Source: Candidatus Pacearchaeota archaeon
GTDB taxonomy: Archaea; Nanobdellota; Nanobdellia; Pacearchaeales; GW2011-AR1
Direction of reading: 5' to 3'
Length of the DNA: 64,000 bases
NCBI GenBank assembly: GCA_041654895.1
Contig: JBAZCR010000001.1
Span: 11,057-75,056 of the forward strand
Positions 27,993 through 38,800 of the stretch are shown piece by piece (positions within the stretch are counted from its first letter, which is position 1; every line of letters starts with the position of its first letter). The position numbers were made by a program, and so were the translations under genes. Below the pieces are notes generated by a model, which was not told the origin of the DNA, did not search any database, and was given only the letters and a program-made list of their open reading frames with translations.

Positions 27993-28458
27993 AAACCTCT
28001 AAATTTAGTTTTGTTTTTTTGTCATTTAATATAATTGTATTTTCAATTGAGGAATAACCTTGTTTAAATTCTCCTAAATCTTTTGTATTTGTTTTTAATA
28101 TTTCGTTTACCCATGATCTTCCATCATCACCGAACATTATTGTTTCTTCGTCTAATTTTATACTTATAAAATATTTATTGTATAATTCGTCTTCAGTATT
28201 ATATTTGAAATCACAATATTTTAAAATATTTGAATTAAAATCTTTTTTTATTTTTTCAATATTAAATTCTTCAGCATCCCTTATACAATTTGTTATTTTT
28301 TTTGATAGGATTATTGCCTCACTATCTTTAACATTGATATTAGGCATATATATTCCATTTGAAATTCCCATAATTAAAAGTACCACTATTATTAATAAAA
28401 AAATTCTATACATCGTTACAATAGACTCGCCTATTGCCTCTGCTTTTTTATTTTTCAT
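27979..28458 (-). CDS. Type IV pilin-like protein
   Basis: MKNKKAEAIGESIVTMYRIFLLIIVVLLIMGI class III-like N-terminus. Confidence 0.5.
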   Translation of the reverse strand: MKNKKAEAIGESIVTMYRIFLLIIVVLLIMGISNGIYMPNINVKDSEAIILSKKITNCIRDAEEFNIEKIKKDFNSNILKYCDFKYNTEDELYNKYFISIKLDEETIMFGDDGRSWVNEILKTNTKDLGEFKQGYSSIENTIILNDKKTKLNLEVYVNE

Positions 28459-28814
28459 TTTATCTGGATTATATATTCAGTTTGATCTTCATCTTCAATT
28501 AATTGAATTAAGTGTTGTGTTATAATTGGATATCCTCTCAAAGATACAAGCCCGTCTATTTGAATAAAAATTTTATTATCTTTAATCTCTATTTTACTAA
28601 TATATCCATTAACATTATTTTTTTGAATAATAAAATTCATTCCTGGTATTGCAGAGTCTATTAAAAGTGCTGTTTGTTTTTCTAATACTTGTTGTTTTAC
28701 GCTTCTACTATCTATTTTGGAAGATAAATTTAAAATAAATAATGTGGTGATTAATAAAATTAAAATTAGGTGAACAATTACTTCTTGCATACTAGTCCCT
28801 CTTTTATTTTTCAT
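28455..28814 (-). CDS. Type IV pilin-like protein
   Basis: True start is probably the internal ATG giving MKNKRGTSMQEVIVHLILILLITTLFIL. The track's start at 28862 is a TTG. Confidence 0.5.
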   Translation of the reverse strand: MKNKRGTSMQEVIVHLILILLITTLFILNLSSKIDSRSVKQQVLEKQTALLIDSAIPGMNFIIQKNNVNGYISKIEIKDNKIFIQIDGLVSLRGYPIITQHLIQLIEDEDQTEYIIQIK

Positions 28815-28815
28815 T

Positions 28816-28929
28816 TTAATTGAATAGTTTAAATAGCGAATAAATTCCAAGTGAAGTTGCAACTATTATTGCTATATAAATAATCCATTTAATTATCTCG
28901 TCTGTTGATTGTGCTTTTTTATTTTTCAT
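28816..28929 (-). CDS. Small pilin-like protein (37 aa)
   Basis: MKNKKAQSTDEIIKWIIYIAIIVATSLGIYSLFKLFN. Not in the ORF track. Sits between two pilin genes with coupled overlaps. Confidence 0.35.
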   Translation of the reverse strand: MKNKKAQSTDEIIKWIIYIAIIVATSLGIYSLFKLFN

Positions 28930-29746
28930 TTCTTAATTTATAATTTTGTATATTATACCTTATTGATACCTGATCTTTGTATATAATGCACTCTTCTATT
29001 TGGTTTTGATAAAATTCCTTTTCTTTATTTTTATCCAATTTAAACTCTTCAAAATATTCTTCAATTAGAGATTCACAATTAGAAGGAGTATTCAAAAGAG
29101 ACTCTAATTTTATTGTTTTTGATCCTGATATGCATTCTTGATAAAACTCATTATAATCGTAAGTAGAATATAGTTTTGAACAGAAATCCTCTATTTTGGA
29201 TTCATCCTTTACAGAACTAATTATTTTTTCAAGAGTTACATCTCCATTATTTACTATTTTTAAATTATAATTATTATCTTCAAAGTTTATTTTGATTCTT
29301 GTTAGTGTATCTAGAGCTATAAAATTATTTTCTATATTTACTTTTTCTTTTATATTTATGCACTTCTCACAGATAACTATTTTATCTTGGATATTCTCGG
29401 TTGAACAAACACATAATTGGTTTTTTTTACTAAAGAAATTTGTAGTTAATGCATCGTTAAACTCTTTAATTTCAATCTTATTTTTATCCTGAAAATTAAC
29501 TAAAAAATATCTTTCTTTATTAGATAATTCTTGGTAGATAGTTATTTCTGATGTTGAATATTTTTTTGCTTCTTCAATCGAGTTTTCTATTTGTGTAAAT
29601 AAGCTTTGAAGAATTTGGTCTGATTTACTTTCTCTTAATAAGAAGGATAATGCTAAAGATAATAAGGTTACTACAACAATTACTCCGATTATTAGTCCAA
29701 TAGAAGTTTCTGATAATAATGAAGAACCTCTTTTAGTTTTATGCAT
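28919..29746 (-). CDS. Larger pilin-like protein with Cys-containing C-terminal domain
   Basis: MHKTKRGSSLLSETSIGLIIGVIVVVTLLSLALSF N-terminus. First gene of the minus-strand pilin operon. Confidence 0.5.
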   Translation of the reverse strand: MHKTKRGSSLLSETSIGLIIGVIVVVTLLSLALSFLLRESKSDQILQSLFTQIENSIEEAKKYSTSEITIYQELSNKERYFLVNFQDKNKIEIKEFNDALTTNFFSKKNQLCVCSTENIQDKIVICEKCINIKEKVNIENNFIALDTLTRIKINFEDNNYNLKIVNNGDVTLEKIISSVKDESKIEDFCSKLYSTYDYNEFYQECISGSKTIKLESLLNTPSNCESLIEEYFEEFKLDKNKEKEFYQNQIEECIIYKDQVSIRYNIQNYKLRNEK

Positions 29747-29835
29747 GATATAATTAGAATTATTTGATTAATAAAAATATGGGTTTATCCTGTTTTTTAA
29801 ATATGTTTTTTATATACTTTTGATTAAGATGGTTT

Positions 29836-30864
29836 ATGGGTTTGGGATTTAAAAAAATACTTTCTGGAAGTTTGATTGGTTTAAGTTTATTATTCCCTTC
29901 TTATGCAGATACATATGATTTTTTATTTTCTGGAGAAGAGAGATGTATAATATATAATTCTCCTATTGTAGATAGTTTAAAAAATAGTCCTGGAAGAAAA
30001 AATTTAGAATCAAAATTATTTTATGATACTGGAGACTTTTTTGATTCTTATGAAGGAAATTTTATTAATTATGGTGAGTTTATAGGAAAAGATAAATTTG
30101 ATCATTCTACTGGTATTTACTTTTGTTTTAAAAAAGATTCAAATAATTCTTTTATTTTTTCATATTTTAATAGAGGAGATAATTCAATTAGTTTAAGAGA
30201 TAGAACAAAACTTTTACCTTTGAGTTCTTATACTTTTGTGGAAGATAGAAATAATACTTTTCTATATCTTGTCCTGCCAAAGAAAGTTGGTTTAGAAAAA
30301 TTAGAACAAACTTTATTTGTTTTAGAAAAGAATCAGTCCCAGTTAACATATATTAAGGCCTATCCTAATGAAGAAACCCAAGTTTACAAATTTTTTGAAA
30401 ATTTAGATAATTATCTTGAAAGTAAATTAGGTAATCTTGAAACAGATATAACTAAATTAGAAGACCTTGAAGAAGAATATTTTACAAACATTTCTCATGA
30501 AAGTCCTTATGTTTCTTTGCTTCGAAAAATCCCTGGAAAAGCAGGTGTTTTGATTGATTATACGATTTTCTTAGGCAAACTTTTTAGTGAAATTAAAGAA
30601 GATCAAAGGAAGAAAATACTTCAAGAAGAATTTGGTGGGAATTATGATTTTTATAGAATTCCATTTTATGATAGCAAAGAGGGATTTAATCCTTTTATTG
30701 TAGGAAGGGGAATAAGATGGGACTTAGACTTAAAAGATCTTAAATGGTATGATGCAGGATATTTAGCAATTCCTTTAATTACATTTAATAAACAAGATAA
30801 AAACTTAGAACAATCCTCTTTAGAAAATATGTTGTTTAAATTTGAATTAAATCCTTTTTTATAA
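29836..30864 (+). CDS. Secreted hypothetical protein (Sec signal peptide)
   Basis: MGLGFKKILSGSLIGLSLLFPSYADTYDF: signal peptide with an A-D cleavage-like site. Confidence 0.4.
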   Translation: MGLGFKKILSGSLIGLSLLFPSYADTYDFLFSGEERCIIYNSPIVDSLKNSPGRKNLESKLFYDTGDFFDSYEGNFINYGEFIGKDKFDHSTGIYFCFKKDSNNSFIFSYFNRGDNSISLRDRTKLLPLSSYTFVEDRNNTFLYLVLPKKVGLEKLEQTLFVLEKNQSQLTYIKAYPNEETQVYKFFENLDNYLESKLGNLETDITKLEDLEEEYFTNISHESPYVSLLRKIPGKAGVLIDYTIFLGKLFSEIKEDQRKKILQEEFGGNYDFYRIPFYDSKEGFNPFIVGRGIRWDLDLKDLKWYDAGYLAIPLITFNKQDKNLEQSSLENMLFKFELNPFL

Positions 30865-30868
30865 CCTT

Positions 30869-32719
30869 TTAACAAACTTTATTTAGATATTCAATGATAG
30901 TACTCATATCTTTTTTTATTTCTACTGGAACTGTAGTAAAATAAACTTTATTACCAGAATCTATTTCATTCCAATTTCCATCTTTAAATTCAAACATTTT
31001 TAAATCAGGGTAATCTATTTCTAATACATCTTTATCTTTATTTTTTGAAATCCCATATTTCTTATCTATACTTAGCATCATACGTCCATCTCCATAATCA
31101 AATAATTCTATTTCCTTCTCTTGCTTAGATAGATAGCTCTGAAAAAGTTGTTTTATACGTTCTGTTTCATCTTGATTTTGTGTTAGATTTGACACTAAAT
31201 ATTGATAGAATTCTTCTTTATTTTGTTCATTTAAAGGATTAAATGAATATGATAAATATTGTTTTTCGCCAATAAAATTAGTGGTAACTGTTCCGTGATA
31301 TACGCTATATTTATTGTCTGACATTTTTAGTATTTCATTTATTACATCATTTATTGTTTCTATATCTCTTTTGAATATCCAGAAACCTTTCTTTAAACTT
31401 TTTATTTCTTCTTCTGAGCTAGAAAATTTTTCTTTTAAATACCACTTTTCTCCATTTTTTATAATCAATGTTCCTGGTTTCGATTCACTATTTTTTTTCA
31501 TTTTAAAATTGTCTACAAAAATATAATAGATATCATTTTTAGAAAAAATCTTGTTTAAAATACTCTTTTCTTCTAGTTTTTCGCATCTTTTAACATCTTC
31601 TGATTTACTAATTATTTTTGGACACTTATTATTATAACAAACTATTTTTGTTGTGCTCCCTGATTTTACTTCTGTAAGTGCTATAAAGCATTCACAATCT
31701 TCTCCATCTAAAGCACATTTATACTTTTTATTACAAACTATTTCGTCTTCTTGAGTTTGTAAATTTTTATTTACTTTTTCTATATACTCCTTAAAGGTTG
31801 TAGTTCTTATCTCAAGAATACACTCTTCTAAATATTTATTATTTTTAATCCACTCTTTTTGGTTTAAATTAAGAGAGCTTTCATATTCTGAAATTAGTTT
31901 TATTTTATTCTCCCTAGTTACATGTCCGACAACACCTAAAGAATACCATAATCTTCCGAATTCATCTAAATATGCACTATTTTGCTTTTTATTATTAATA
32001 TACAAATACCATTTATGATAAGGATATTTTTCAAAAGGTTTTTTTATATCGTTTGATAATGAAGGATAATATTGCGTAAGGCCTCCAGACGATTCTATAT
32101 TAAAATAAGTATTTTGACAATAATTGGGATTTTTCACTTCAAAATCATCACAAAAATATCCTATTGGACAATCTTCATTTGAGTTGCATGTTTCTGGTAG
32201 TTCCTCTGTTGTTTCTGGATCTATTTCTTTTGAAAAATCTTCTAGAATCTTTTTTAGAATCTCAAAATTTTCATTTGTTTCTACTTCTTCTTTAATTTCT
32301 TCTGAATTTGTTTTTGTTATAGCTTCCCATTTGCCTTCAGGAGTATTAGAATTTTCTCCTTGTGATTGTGTATGATCTGTGTTTTCTAAAAATCTATATA
32401 TCCCTGTAGTATTAATTTTAAATTTTGAACTTGGACCTATCTTTTTGTCTAAGGTCAATTTACATTCACTTGGGCAAATTTCTAAATGACCTTGAAATTC
32501 TTTTTCATTTACACTTTTTTCAAAGCATAATCCTTCTTCAGTTGTTTTTCCTTTTTGATTAAAAAAAATTAATATTTTGTCCATTTGAGAACCCATTTTT
32601 TGAATCCCACTGACCAACCAACCGTTATATGCTCCTACAGCAATTAGAACTAGTAATAATAAGGCCATTATAATTACAACTAATTTACTTACCGTCATTC
32701 CACCTCCTTCTTCTGCCAT
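30869..32719 (-). CDS. Large Cys-rich surface protein with pilin-like N-terminus (candidate pilus-associated adhesin)
   Basis: MAEEGGGMTVSKLVVIIMALLLLVLIAVGAYNGW N-terminus, 616 aa, with many Cys pairs (CNKKYKCALDGEDCECF, CYNNKCPKI, CNSNEDCPIGYFCDD). Confidence 0.45.
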   Translation of the reverse strand: MAEEGGGMTVSKLVVIIMALLLLVLIAVGAYNGWLVSGIQKMGSQMDKILIFFNQKGKTTEEGLCFEKSVNEKEFQGHLEICPSECKLTLDKKIGPSSKFKINTTGIYRFLENTDHTQSQGENSNTPEGKWEAITKTNSEEIKEEVETNENFEILKKILEDFSKEIDPETTEELPETCNSNEDCPIGYFCDDFEVKNPNYCQNTYFNIESSGGLTQYYPSLSNDIKKPFEKYPYHKWYLYINNKKQNSAYLDEFGRLWYSLGVVGHVTRENKIKLISEYESSLNLNQKEWIKNNKYLEECILEIRTTTFKEYIEKVNKNLQTQEDEIVCNKKYKCALDGEDCECFIALTEVKSGSTTKIVCYNNKCPKIISKSEDVKRCEKLEEKSILNKIFSKNDIYYIFVDNFKMKKNSESKPGTLIIKNGEKWYLKEKFSSSEEEIKSLKKGFWIFKRDIETINDVINEILKMSDNKYSVYHGTVTTNFIGEKQYLSYSFNPLNEQNKEEFYQYLVSNLTQNQDETERIKQLFQSYLSKQEKEIELFDYGDGRMMLSIDKKYGISKNKDKDVLEIDYPDLKMFEFKDGNWNEIDSGNKVYFTTVPVEIKKDMSTIIEYLNKVC

Positions 32720-32883
32720 TAGAATCCAAACCTGAATATGTTTTTAATTGAATTTATAATTTCAGTCCCTTTTCCACTAAGTAATATATAAATTGCAAAA
32801 GCCATAATTGCTATAAATAAAAATAATAAAATTCCTTTAATGAGATAATCTATCTCTAAATCTCCTCTTTTATTTGTTTTCAT
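32719..32883 (-). CDS. Small pilin-like protein (54 aa)
   Basis: MKTNKRGDLEIDYLIKGILLFLIAIMAFAIYILLSG... Its stop overlaps the ATG of 30869..32719 (TAATG). Not in the ORF track. Confidence 0.35.
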   Translation of the reverse strand: MKTNKRGDLEIDYLIKGILLFLFIAIMAFAIYILLSGKGTEIINSIKNIFRFGF

Positions 32884-32920
32884 AAAATAACAATTGTTTT
32901 ATATTTAATAAATATTTAGT

Positions 32921-33247
32921 CTAATCGCATAATTTCGGACAAGATTTTATTTCAAATCCTTCAAATGATTGAATAGATAATTTTTCACATGTTTCTTTTA
33001 TTTGTTTTTCTTCATTTATTTTTAATTTTTGAATATCCTTACAATATGTTTTGACATCTTTTTGAATGCAAGCTAATTCACATTTATTTTGAATTACTTC
33101 TATATTTTGTTCATATGAGCCTAAAATATTAATCTTTTGTCCTATTGTTTTCCATTGTCCTGTTACACTAATTATGACTACAATAAGTACAAGAAGGATT
33201 AAGATTAATGTAACAACTAAATTTATTTGTGCTTTTTTTAATTGCAT
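32921..33247 (-). CDS. Pilin-like protein with Cys-containing globular part
   Basis: MQLKKAQINLVVTLILILLVLIVVIISV, then a 4-Cys domain. Confidence 0.45.
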   Translation of the reverse strand: MQLKKAQINLVVTLILILLVLIVVIISVTGQWKTIGQKINILGSYEQNIEVIQNKCELACIQKDVKTYCKDIQKLKINEEKQIKETCEKLSIQSFEGFEIKSCPKLCD

Positions 33248-33293
33248 AAAAGAATTGAGAATTTATATTTAATAAAGGTTTTGAAAATAAAAG

Positions 33294-33737
33294 TTAACAA
33301 AGGCCAGGGCATTCTTCAAAAATATTTGTTAATTCAAACCTATCGTCTGTTGCTAGAGAATTACAAGTTACTTTTATATAAACTGGTTCATAATCTTTCT
33401 TTTCATTATCTTCTAATTTATTATAGTCTTCAATTGTTTTTTTTATGTCTTCTTTTTTATGTTTGTATTCTTCAATAACTTCTGATTTTATTTTAGAACC
33501 ATCTTCTTTTATAATTTCTCTTTCTGCATTACAAAATCTATAAGCGTCTTGACTTTGACATGCCATTAAACAGGCCTGAGCAATCTCGTTAACATTTGTT
33601 TTTCCACCACCAAAGATATTTACTTTATTCCAAAAATTTCCCCATCCAGTAGAAAAGCCATAAATTAAAAATACTAAAATAGCAACAGCCAAAACTATTG
33701 CAATAATAGTTGTAATTGTCATTTCACCTTTTTTCAT
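33294..33737 (-). CDS. Pilin-like protein with Cys-containing globular part
   Basis: MKKGEMTITTIIAIVLAVAILVFLIYGF, then a 6-Cys domain. Confidence 0.45.
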   Translation of the reverse strand: MKKGEMTITTIIAIVLAVAILVFLIYGFSTGWGNFWNKVNIFGGGKTNVNEIAQACLMACQSQDAYRFCNAEREIIKEDGSKIKSEVIEEYKHKKEDIKKTIEDYNKLEDNEKKDYEPVYIKVTCNSLATDDRFELTNIFEECPGLC

Positions 33738-33782
33738 ACTTTAATTAAATGCTATTTCTTTATAAATGTTTTTATTTTTTGA

Positions 33783-33865
33783 TGAGGAGAGGAGGATTCG
33801 AACCCCCGTAGGCAAAAACCACCAGGTCCTAAGCCTGGCCCGTTTGACCGCTCCGGCATCTCCTC
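33783..33865 (-). tRNA. tRNA-Leu(UAG), type II
   Basis: The reverse complement gives GAGGAGA-UG-CCG-GAGCGGUCAAA-CGG-G-CCAGG-CUUAGGA-CCUGG-variable arm-GGGGG-UUCGAAU-CCUCC-UCUCCUC-A. Identical to the tRNA at 3972-4054 except for the anticodon arm and one variable-arm base. Confidence 0.8.
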
Positions 33866-33935
33866 GTTAAAATATTTTCGAATTAAATCTTAATAAGTTT
33901 AATGGAACTTTTAAAAAGACTAAATTTAAATATTC

Positions 33936-35825
33936 TTGTTATTTGTTTTTATTAATATGTTATTAAAAGAAGGTGATAGAAAAGGTCAAGTTACTCTTTT
34001 TATTATAATAAGTATCTTAATTGTTAGTCTTGTTATTCTTTTTTTTGTATTTAAAGATAATTTTTTTGATAAAAATATTGACCCTGAATTTAAACCTATA
34101 TATAATAGTTATATTGAATGTGTTAAAGGTACAGCGAAAGAGGGTATTTATTTAATGGGTCAACAAGGGGGTTATATTGATTTACCTGATTTTGAACCTG
34201 GAAGTAGATTTATGCCTTTTTCTTCTCAATTAGATTTTTTAGGAGAAAAAATTCCTTATTGGTTTTATATTTCTGGAAATAATTTAATGAAAAAACAAGT
34301 TCCTTCAAAAAGAGATATGGAAATTCAATTAGAAAAATTTATTTCTGATAGATTAGATTTTTGTGATTTAAGCATTTATGAATCTCAAGGATTTAATTAT
34401 ATTTTGAATGATTCAGGTGACGTTAGTGTTAAAATAAATGATTTAAGCGTCGATATTTATTTTAATAATCGATTAAATTTTTATTTTGAAGATAAAAGTG
34501 TTTTAATTAATACACATGAATTTAATATCCCTTCAAAATTAGGTAAATTTTATTCATCTTCTGTTGATATTTATAATCATGAAATGCAAACAACATTTTT
34601 AGAAAAATATGCATATGATGTTTTAATGAATTATGTCCCGGTTGTTGGTTTTGAATTACAATGTAATCCTTTAATTTTTAATAAGGAAGATATAAAGAAT
34701 AATATTACTAATGGTCTTGTTGCGAATATTAATTCTATTAGGATGAAAGGCAATTATTATCAATTAAATGATGTTAAAGAAGAGTATTTTGTTGTGGATA
34801 GTGGAAATTCTTTTGATGAATTAGTTAATGTTTTTTATAATTCAAATTGGCCATTGAAATTAGAAATTAAAGGAGATTTAATTAATGAACCTGTTGGTTT
34901 ACAAGGAGGTTTAGAAATGTTGGGTTTTTGTTATGTTCCTTACAAATTAAATTATGACCTTGTTTTTCCAGTATTAATCCAATTTATAGAAGATGATTTT
35001 ATTTTTCAATTTCCTATTAATGTGATTATTGAGAATACGCAAGTAAGGGAAAGTATTAATCAAACCTTTTTTGAAGTAGAATCTAATTATTATGATGTTT
35101 GTAATTATAAAAATTCAAATTTAGTAGTAAATACTTATGATTATAATTTAAACCCTTTAGAATCTTCTTTGACTTTTAAGTGCTTAGATAGTAATTGTTA
35201 TTTGGGAGAATCAAAATTAGAAGGTTCTTTTGCAACTTTTAATGGGATGGTGCCTCAATGTATTAATGGTTTACTTCTTATAAGTTCTGAAGGTTATTTG
35301 GATTTTCAGAAAAAGATTTCAACAAATGAGAACTTAATTTTAGATGTTTGGTTAAAGAAAAAATATACTTTTAATTTAGATATGACTAATTTGGAAAATG
35401 AAAAAGCATTAATTAGTTTTGAAGGAAAGGATTATTCTACTAGTATTGTTTATCCTGAAATGAAAAGTTTGGAATTAGTAGAAGATAATTATAATATTAG
35501 CATCTTTGTCTATTCTGAAAGTTCTTTAGTCTTGCCTGAAATAAATGAAGAATATTGTGTAAGTGTTCCTGTTGGTGGTATGGGTAGTGTATTTGGCTAT
35601 GAAGAAGAAAGATGCGAAAATATAAATATTCCTTCTATGACTATAAATTCTGCTGTTGTTGGGGGAGGTAGTTTAACAAATTATTACATTACTGAGGATA
35701 TTTTAATAAGTTCTAAAAATTTAAATATTGTACCAACTTTATTTGATTTACCTAAGGATTTAAATGACTTACAAAAAAATTATATTAAAGTGGAGGATTC
35801 AGTTGTTTATTTGAACTTTAATTAA
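33936..35825 (+). CDS. Large protein with pilin-like (class III) N-terminus
   Basis: MLFVFINMLLKEGDRKGQ-VTLFIIISILIVSLVILFFVF. 629 aa. Stop is adjacent to the start of the giant ORF. Confidence 0.45.
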   Translation: MLFVFINMLLKEGDRKGQVTLFIIISILIVSLVILFFVFKDNFFDKNIDPEFKPIYNSYIECVKGTAKEGIYLMGQQGGYIDLPDFEPGSRFMPFSSQLDFLGEKIPYWFYISGNNLMKKQVPSKRDMEIQLEKFISDRLDFCDLSIYESQGFNYILNDSGDVSVKINDLSVDIYFNNRLNFYFEDKSVLINTHEFNIPSKLGKFYSSSVDIYNHEMQTTFLEKYAYDVLMNYVPVVGFELQCNPLIFNKEDIKNNITNGLVANINSIRMKGNYYQLNDVKEEYFVVDSGNSFDELVNVFYNSNWPLKLEIKGDLINEPVGLQGGLEMLGFCYVPYKLNYDLVFPVLIQFIEDDFIFQFPINVIIENTQVRESINQTFFEVESNYYDVCNYKNSNLVVNTYDYNLNPLESSLTFKCLDSNCYLGESKLEGSFATFNGMVPQCINGLLLISSEGYLDFQKKISTNENLILDVWLKKKYTFNLDMTNLENEKALISFEGKDYSTSIVYPEMKSLELVEDNYNISIFVYSESSLVLPEINEEYCVSVPVGGMGSVFGYEEERCENINIPSMTINSAVVGGGSLTNYYITEDILISSKNLNIVPTLFDLPKDLNDLQKNYIKVEDSVVYLNFN

Positions 35826-35826
35826 A

Positions 35827-38800
35827 ATGATTGATAGTATAAGAAAAAGAGTTAAAGAAAAAAGGCTTATTCTTTTTTTTAGTTTAATTTTAATTTCAAT
35901 GTCTCTTGTTTTAGGTTTTGATAGTTCTTTTAGTTATGACGAAGTTTATAATAATATTCTTAATTCAGGAGATTGTAGTTCTGGGGATAATTTTGATTTT
36001 TTGGTTATGATTCCGCCAAATGGTTGCCAACCAAGTCTTGTTAGAAGTGATTTATTATCGAGCCAAAATACTCCTGTTTTCTGTCAATTAGAAGCAATTA
36101 AATTAAATCCTTTGATTGAATCTGCTAGTATTACTTCTATTTCTTTTCAAGGAGATTATCCTGAGGAAGTTGCAGGAATAAGCTTTCATCCTACTAGAGC
36201 TGCAATAAAAAATTATAATAGTTTAGCAGATAATTCTATTTCTAAAAATATTGGTTATGTTGTTATTTTATTGAAGAAGCAACCAAATGAATCAAAAATG
36301 GAAGATTGGGTCAGTGGTGTTTTAACAGCGAATATTAAATATGACTATCAAAAAACTTATGGTGTTGGTCAATCTGATTTTTATTTAAATTTAAATGATA
36401 ATTCTAATTGGGATAGTGTCTTTAATAAATATAATTTTTGGTCTGGTCGAGGATATTTAAGATTAAAATCAATTGGTTCTGATTCTGCAGAGATAGAGGT
36501 TTTAGAAAATAAAAATAAAGTTTATACTAATGTTATCTTAGAAGAAGGAAATACAAGTAACACTATTTATTTTCCTGGGGATTATTGTAAGGCTGGATTT
36601 AAACTAAAATTAAATGAAATAACTTCTGCAAGAGATGAAGTTTTATTAAACATTAACGGAGATTATGTTTGGGTTAGAGAAGGTTCAAGAATAGCAAATA
36701 ACAATTGTATTATTAAAGAAATCAACCTAAAAAATGATTTAGAAAAAGATGTTAAGATTAGCTGTCCTGGAAATATTTTTACATTGAGTATTAAAATTAA
36801 GGATATTGATACAGAAATTACAGAAGATTCATCTTCAGAGAAAGATTTGGGTGAACATCTGAAAGAAGCCCAGGTAAATTTAATGGATTTATTAAATAGT
36901 TATCCTTATGAAAAAGACGATGCTAATTCTTTTTTTGGAGAAATTGCCTTACGTAAACAAATAGATTTGCCTAAAATAGGAAAACTCAAATCAGAATTAA
37001 TAGATATGTTCTTAAAAAATTATCAAGATTCTGTATATTATGAATCTATACGAAGTTTAAAAAATAATAATTATGATTATTCTTTATCTGAAAACTCTTT
37101 TAAATTAAATAATAATAATTATTTTATTTCTTTTAGGGATTTTATTTCAGTTGATAATTCTGCTAAAAAAGCTACTTTTAGTATTGACGGTGTTTCAACA
37201 GGTTTGGTTAATGAAGGATGGCGTAAGGAATATACAGAGGGTATATTAACCCTAAAAATGATTGAACATAACTTTCTTATCTTTGAATTTCAAGGTTCAA
37301 AAGACAAAATTATAACAATTAAAGTTTTTGAAGGAGAAGAAAAAATAATAAATAATCTAAGAATTAATATTCAGAATATTAATACTATTAGGACAGCTCA
37401 TGTTAGCCTACTACCTGTAATTGAATCTGATTATTCAAAGGCCAATTTTACATTTAAAATAGGTATTGAAAAAAGATTAATTCAAATAAGTCCTGAGATC
37501 GCTCAAGATAGAATAGAATCTTTAAATAAAACAATTGAATCTTTAGATAAATTTATTGAAGGATTTGATAAAACTTTAAGTGTTTGGAAAGGAACTTGTA
37601 TTACAACAAGTGCAATATTTAATGCTAAAGCATTTATTAGTGGTTTTAGTGGAGAAGGTATTGCAAGAAAAGAAGTAATGACTTATTATAAGAACTTTTG
37701 TGATGGTAAAATATCTGAGGGTCTTTTTAGGACAAGAGAAGGATGTTATTTTGAGCATTCTGACGAAATAGAAAAAAATGTTCAATCTTATAAAGAAAGT
37801 TTAGGCAATGTTAATGAGATAATTAAAGAAGTTCAAAAAGGAAAAGGGGTTGTTGAGTCTGGTTCAATTGTAAATAACGCAGAATATACTAGTAAATTAA
37901 AAGAAAAAATAACTAACCCTAAAATTGATAAAAATGAATTGACTACAGTTACTCAGATTAGAAGTGCTTTGTTGTATCAAGATTTATTGAAAGGAGATCC
38001 AAGTTGTGAATCTATTTCATGTCGTCTTGCTAAAGAAGAGTATGGTGGTTCAGGCATTAATCAAAATTTTAATAATGATGAGAGCATTAGTTCAGGAGAT
38101 ATTTGTAGCAATCAATTTTTGAATCCTCAAGTAAGATATTATGATTCTGGTAAGAATAAAGGATTGCCTTCTGTTGTTCCTCTTGATTTAAAAAAAGGGT
38201 GGTATGCTTATATTTCAAATTCAGAGGGTAGTTTGATTGAAACAGAAATTAAGAGTTATGATACTAGTGGCCGAGTTAATTATTTTTATATTTGTAATGT
38301 TGGGGAAAATGGCCAAATGGAATATAGAGGAGGAGACGATTTCTGTCAAGGATTTAGTTCTTATCAATCAAGTTATGACTCAATTATGTTTTGTCCTAAT
38401 ATGGGTGATAAAGATGTTTCAAGATTATACAATAGTGCAAAAGAAGCCATTATTAGTGCTTCAGAACAATATGGAAAAAATAAAGTTTATATCCTAGGAA
38501 ATTATTTTGAAGTGGGTCAAACAATGACTGATAGTGGCATTTTTGAATGTACTGATTTTATGAGTGTTAAAGATTGTCAAACAATGTTTAATATTTGCGA
38601 TCCTGTTTTATGTCCTTCTAGTAGGTGTGATGCTGGTGGGAGATATCCTGTGAGTAATGTTCCTCAACAAGGAATTATTGGTAGTTTAATATTATGTTGG
38701 CCTAATAAAGATGAGGGTATTAAAATTCCTATTTGTTTAACAGGGATTAATGCAGGTTTACAGAATTTAAATTCTATTTTAAAACAAACAAGACAGTGTT

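Noticed and set aside
28455-28862. Track start at 28862 for the pilin-like ORF (MQLHLEF...)
   Set aside because: The codon at 28860-28862 is TTG, not ATG. The biologically sensible start is the internal ATG giving the MKNKRGTS class III N-terminus, which also makes room for the small upstream pilin ORF.
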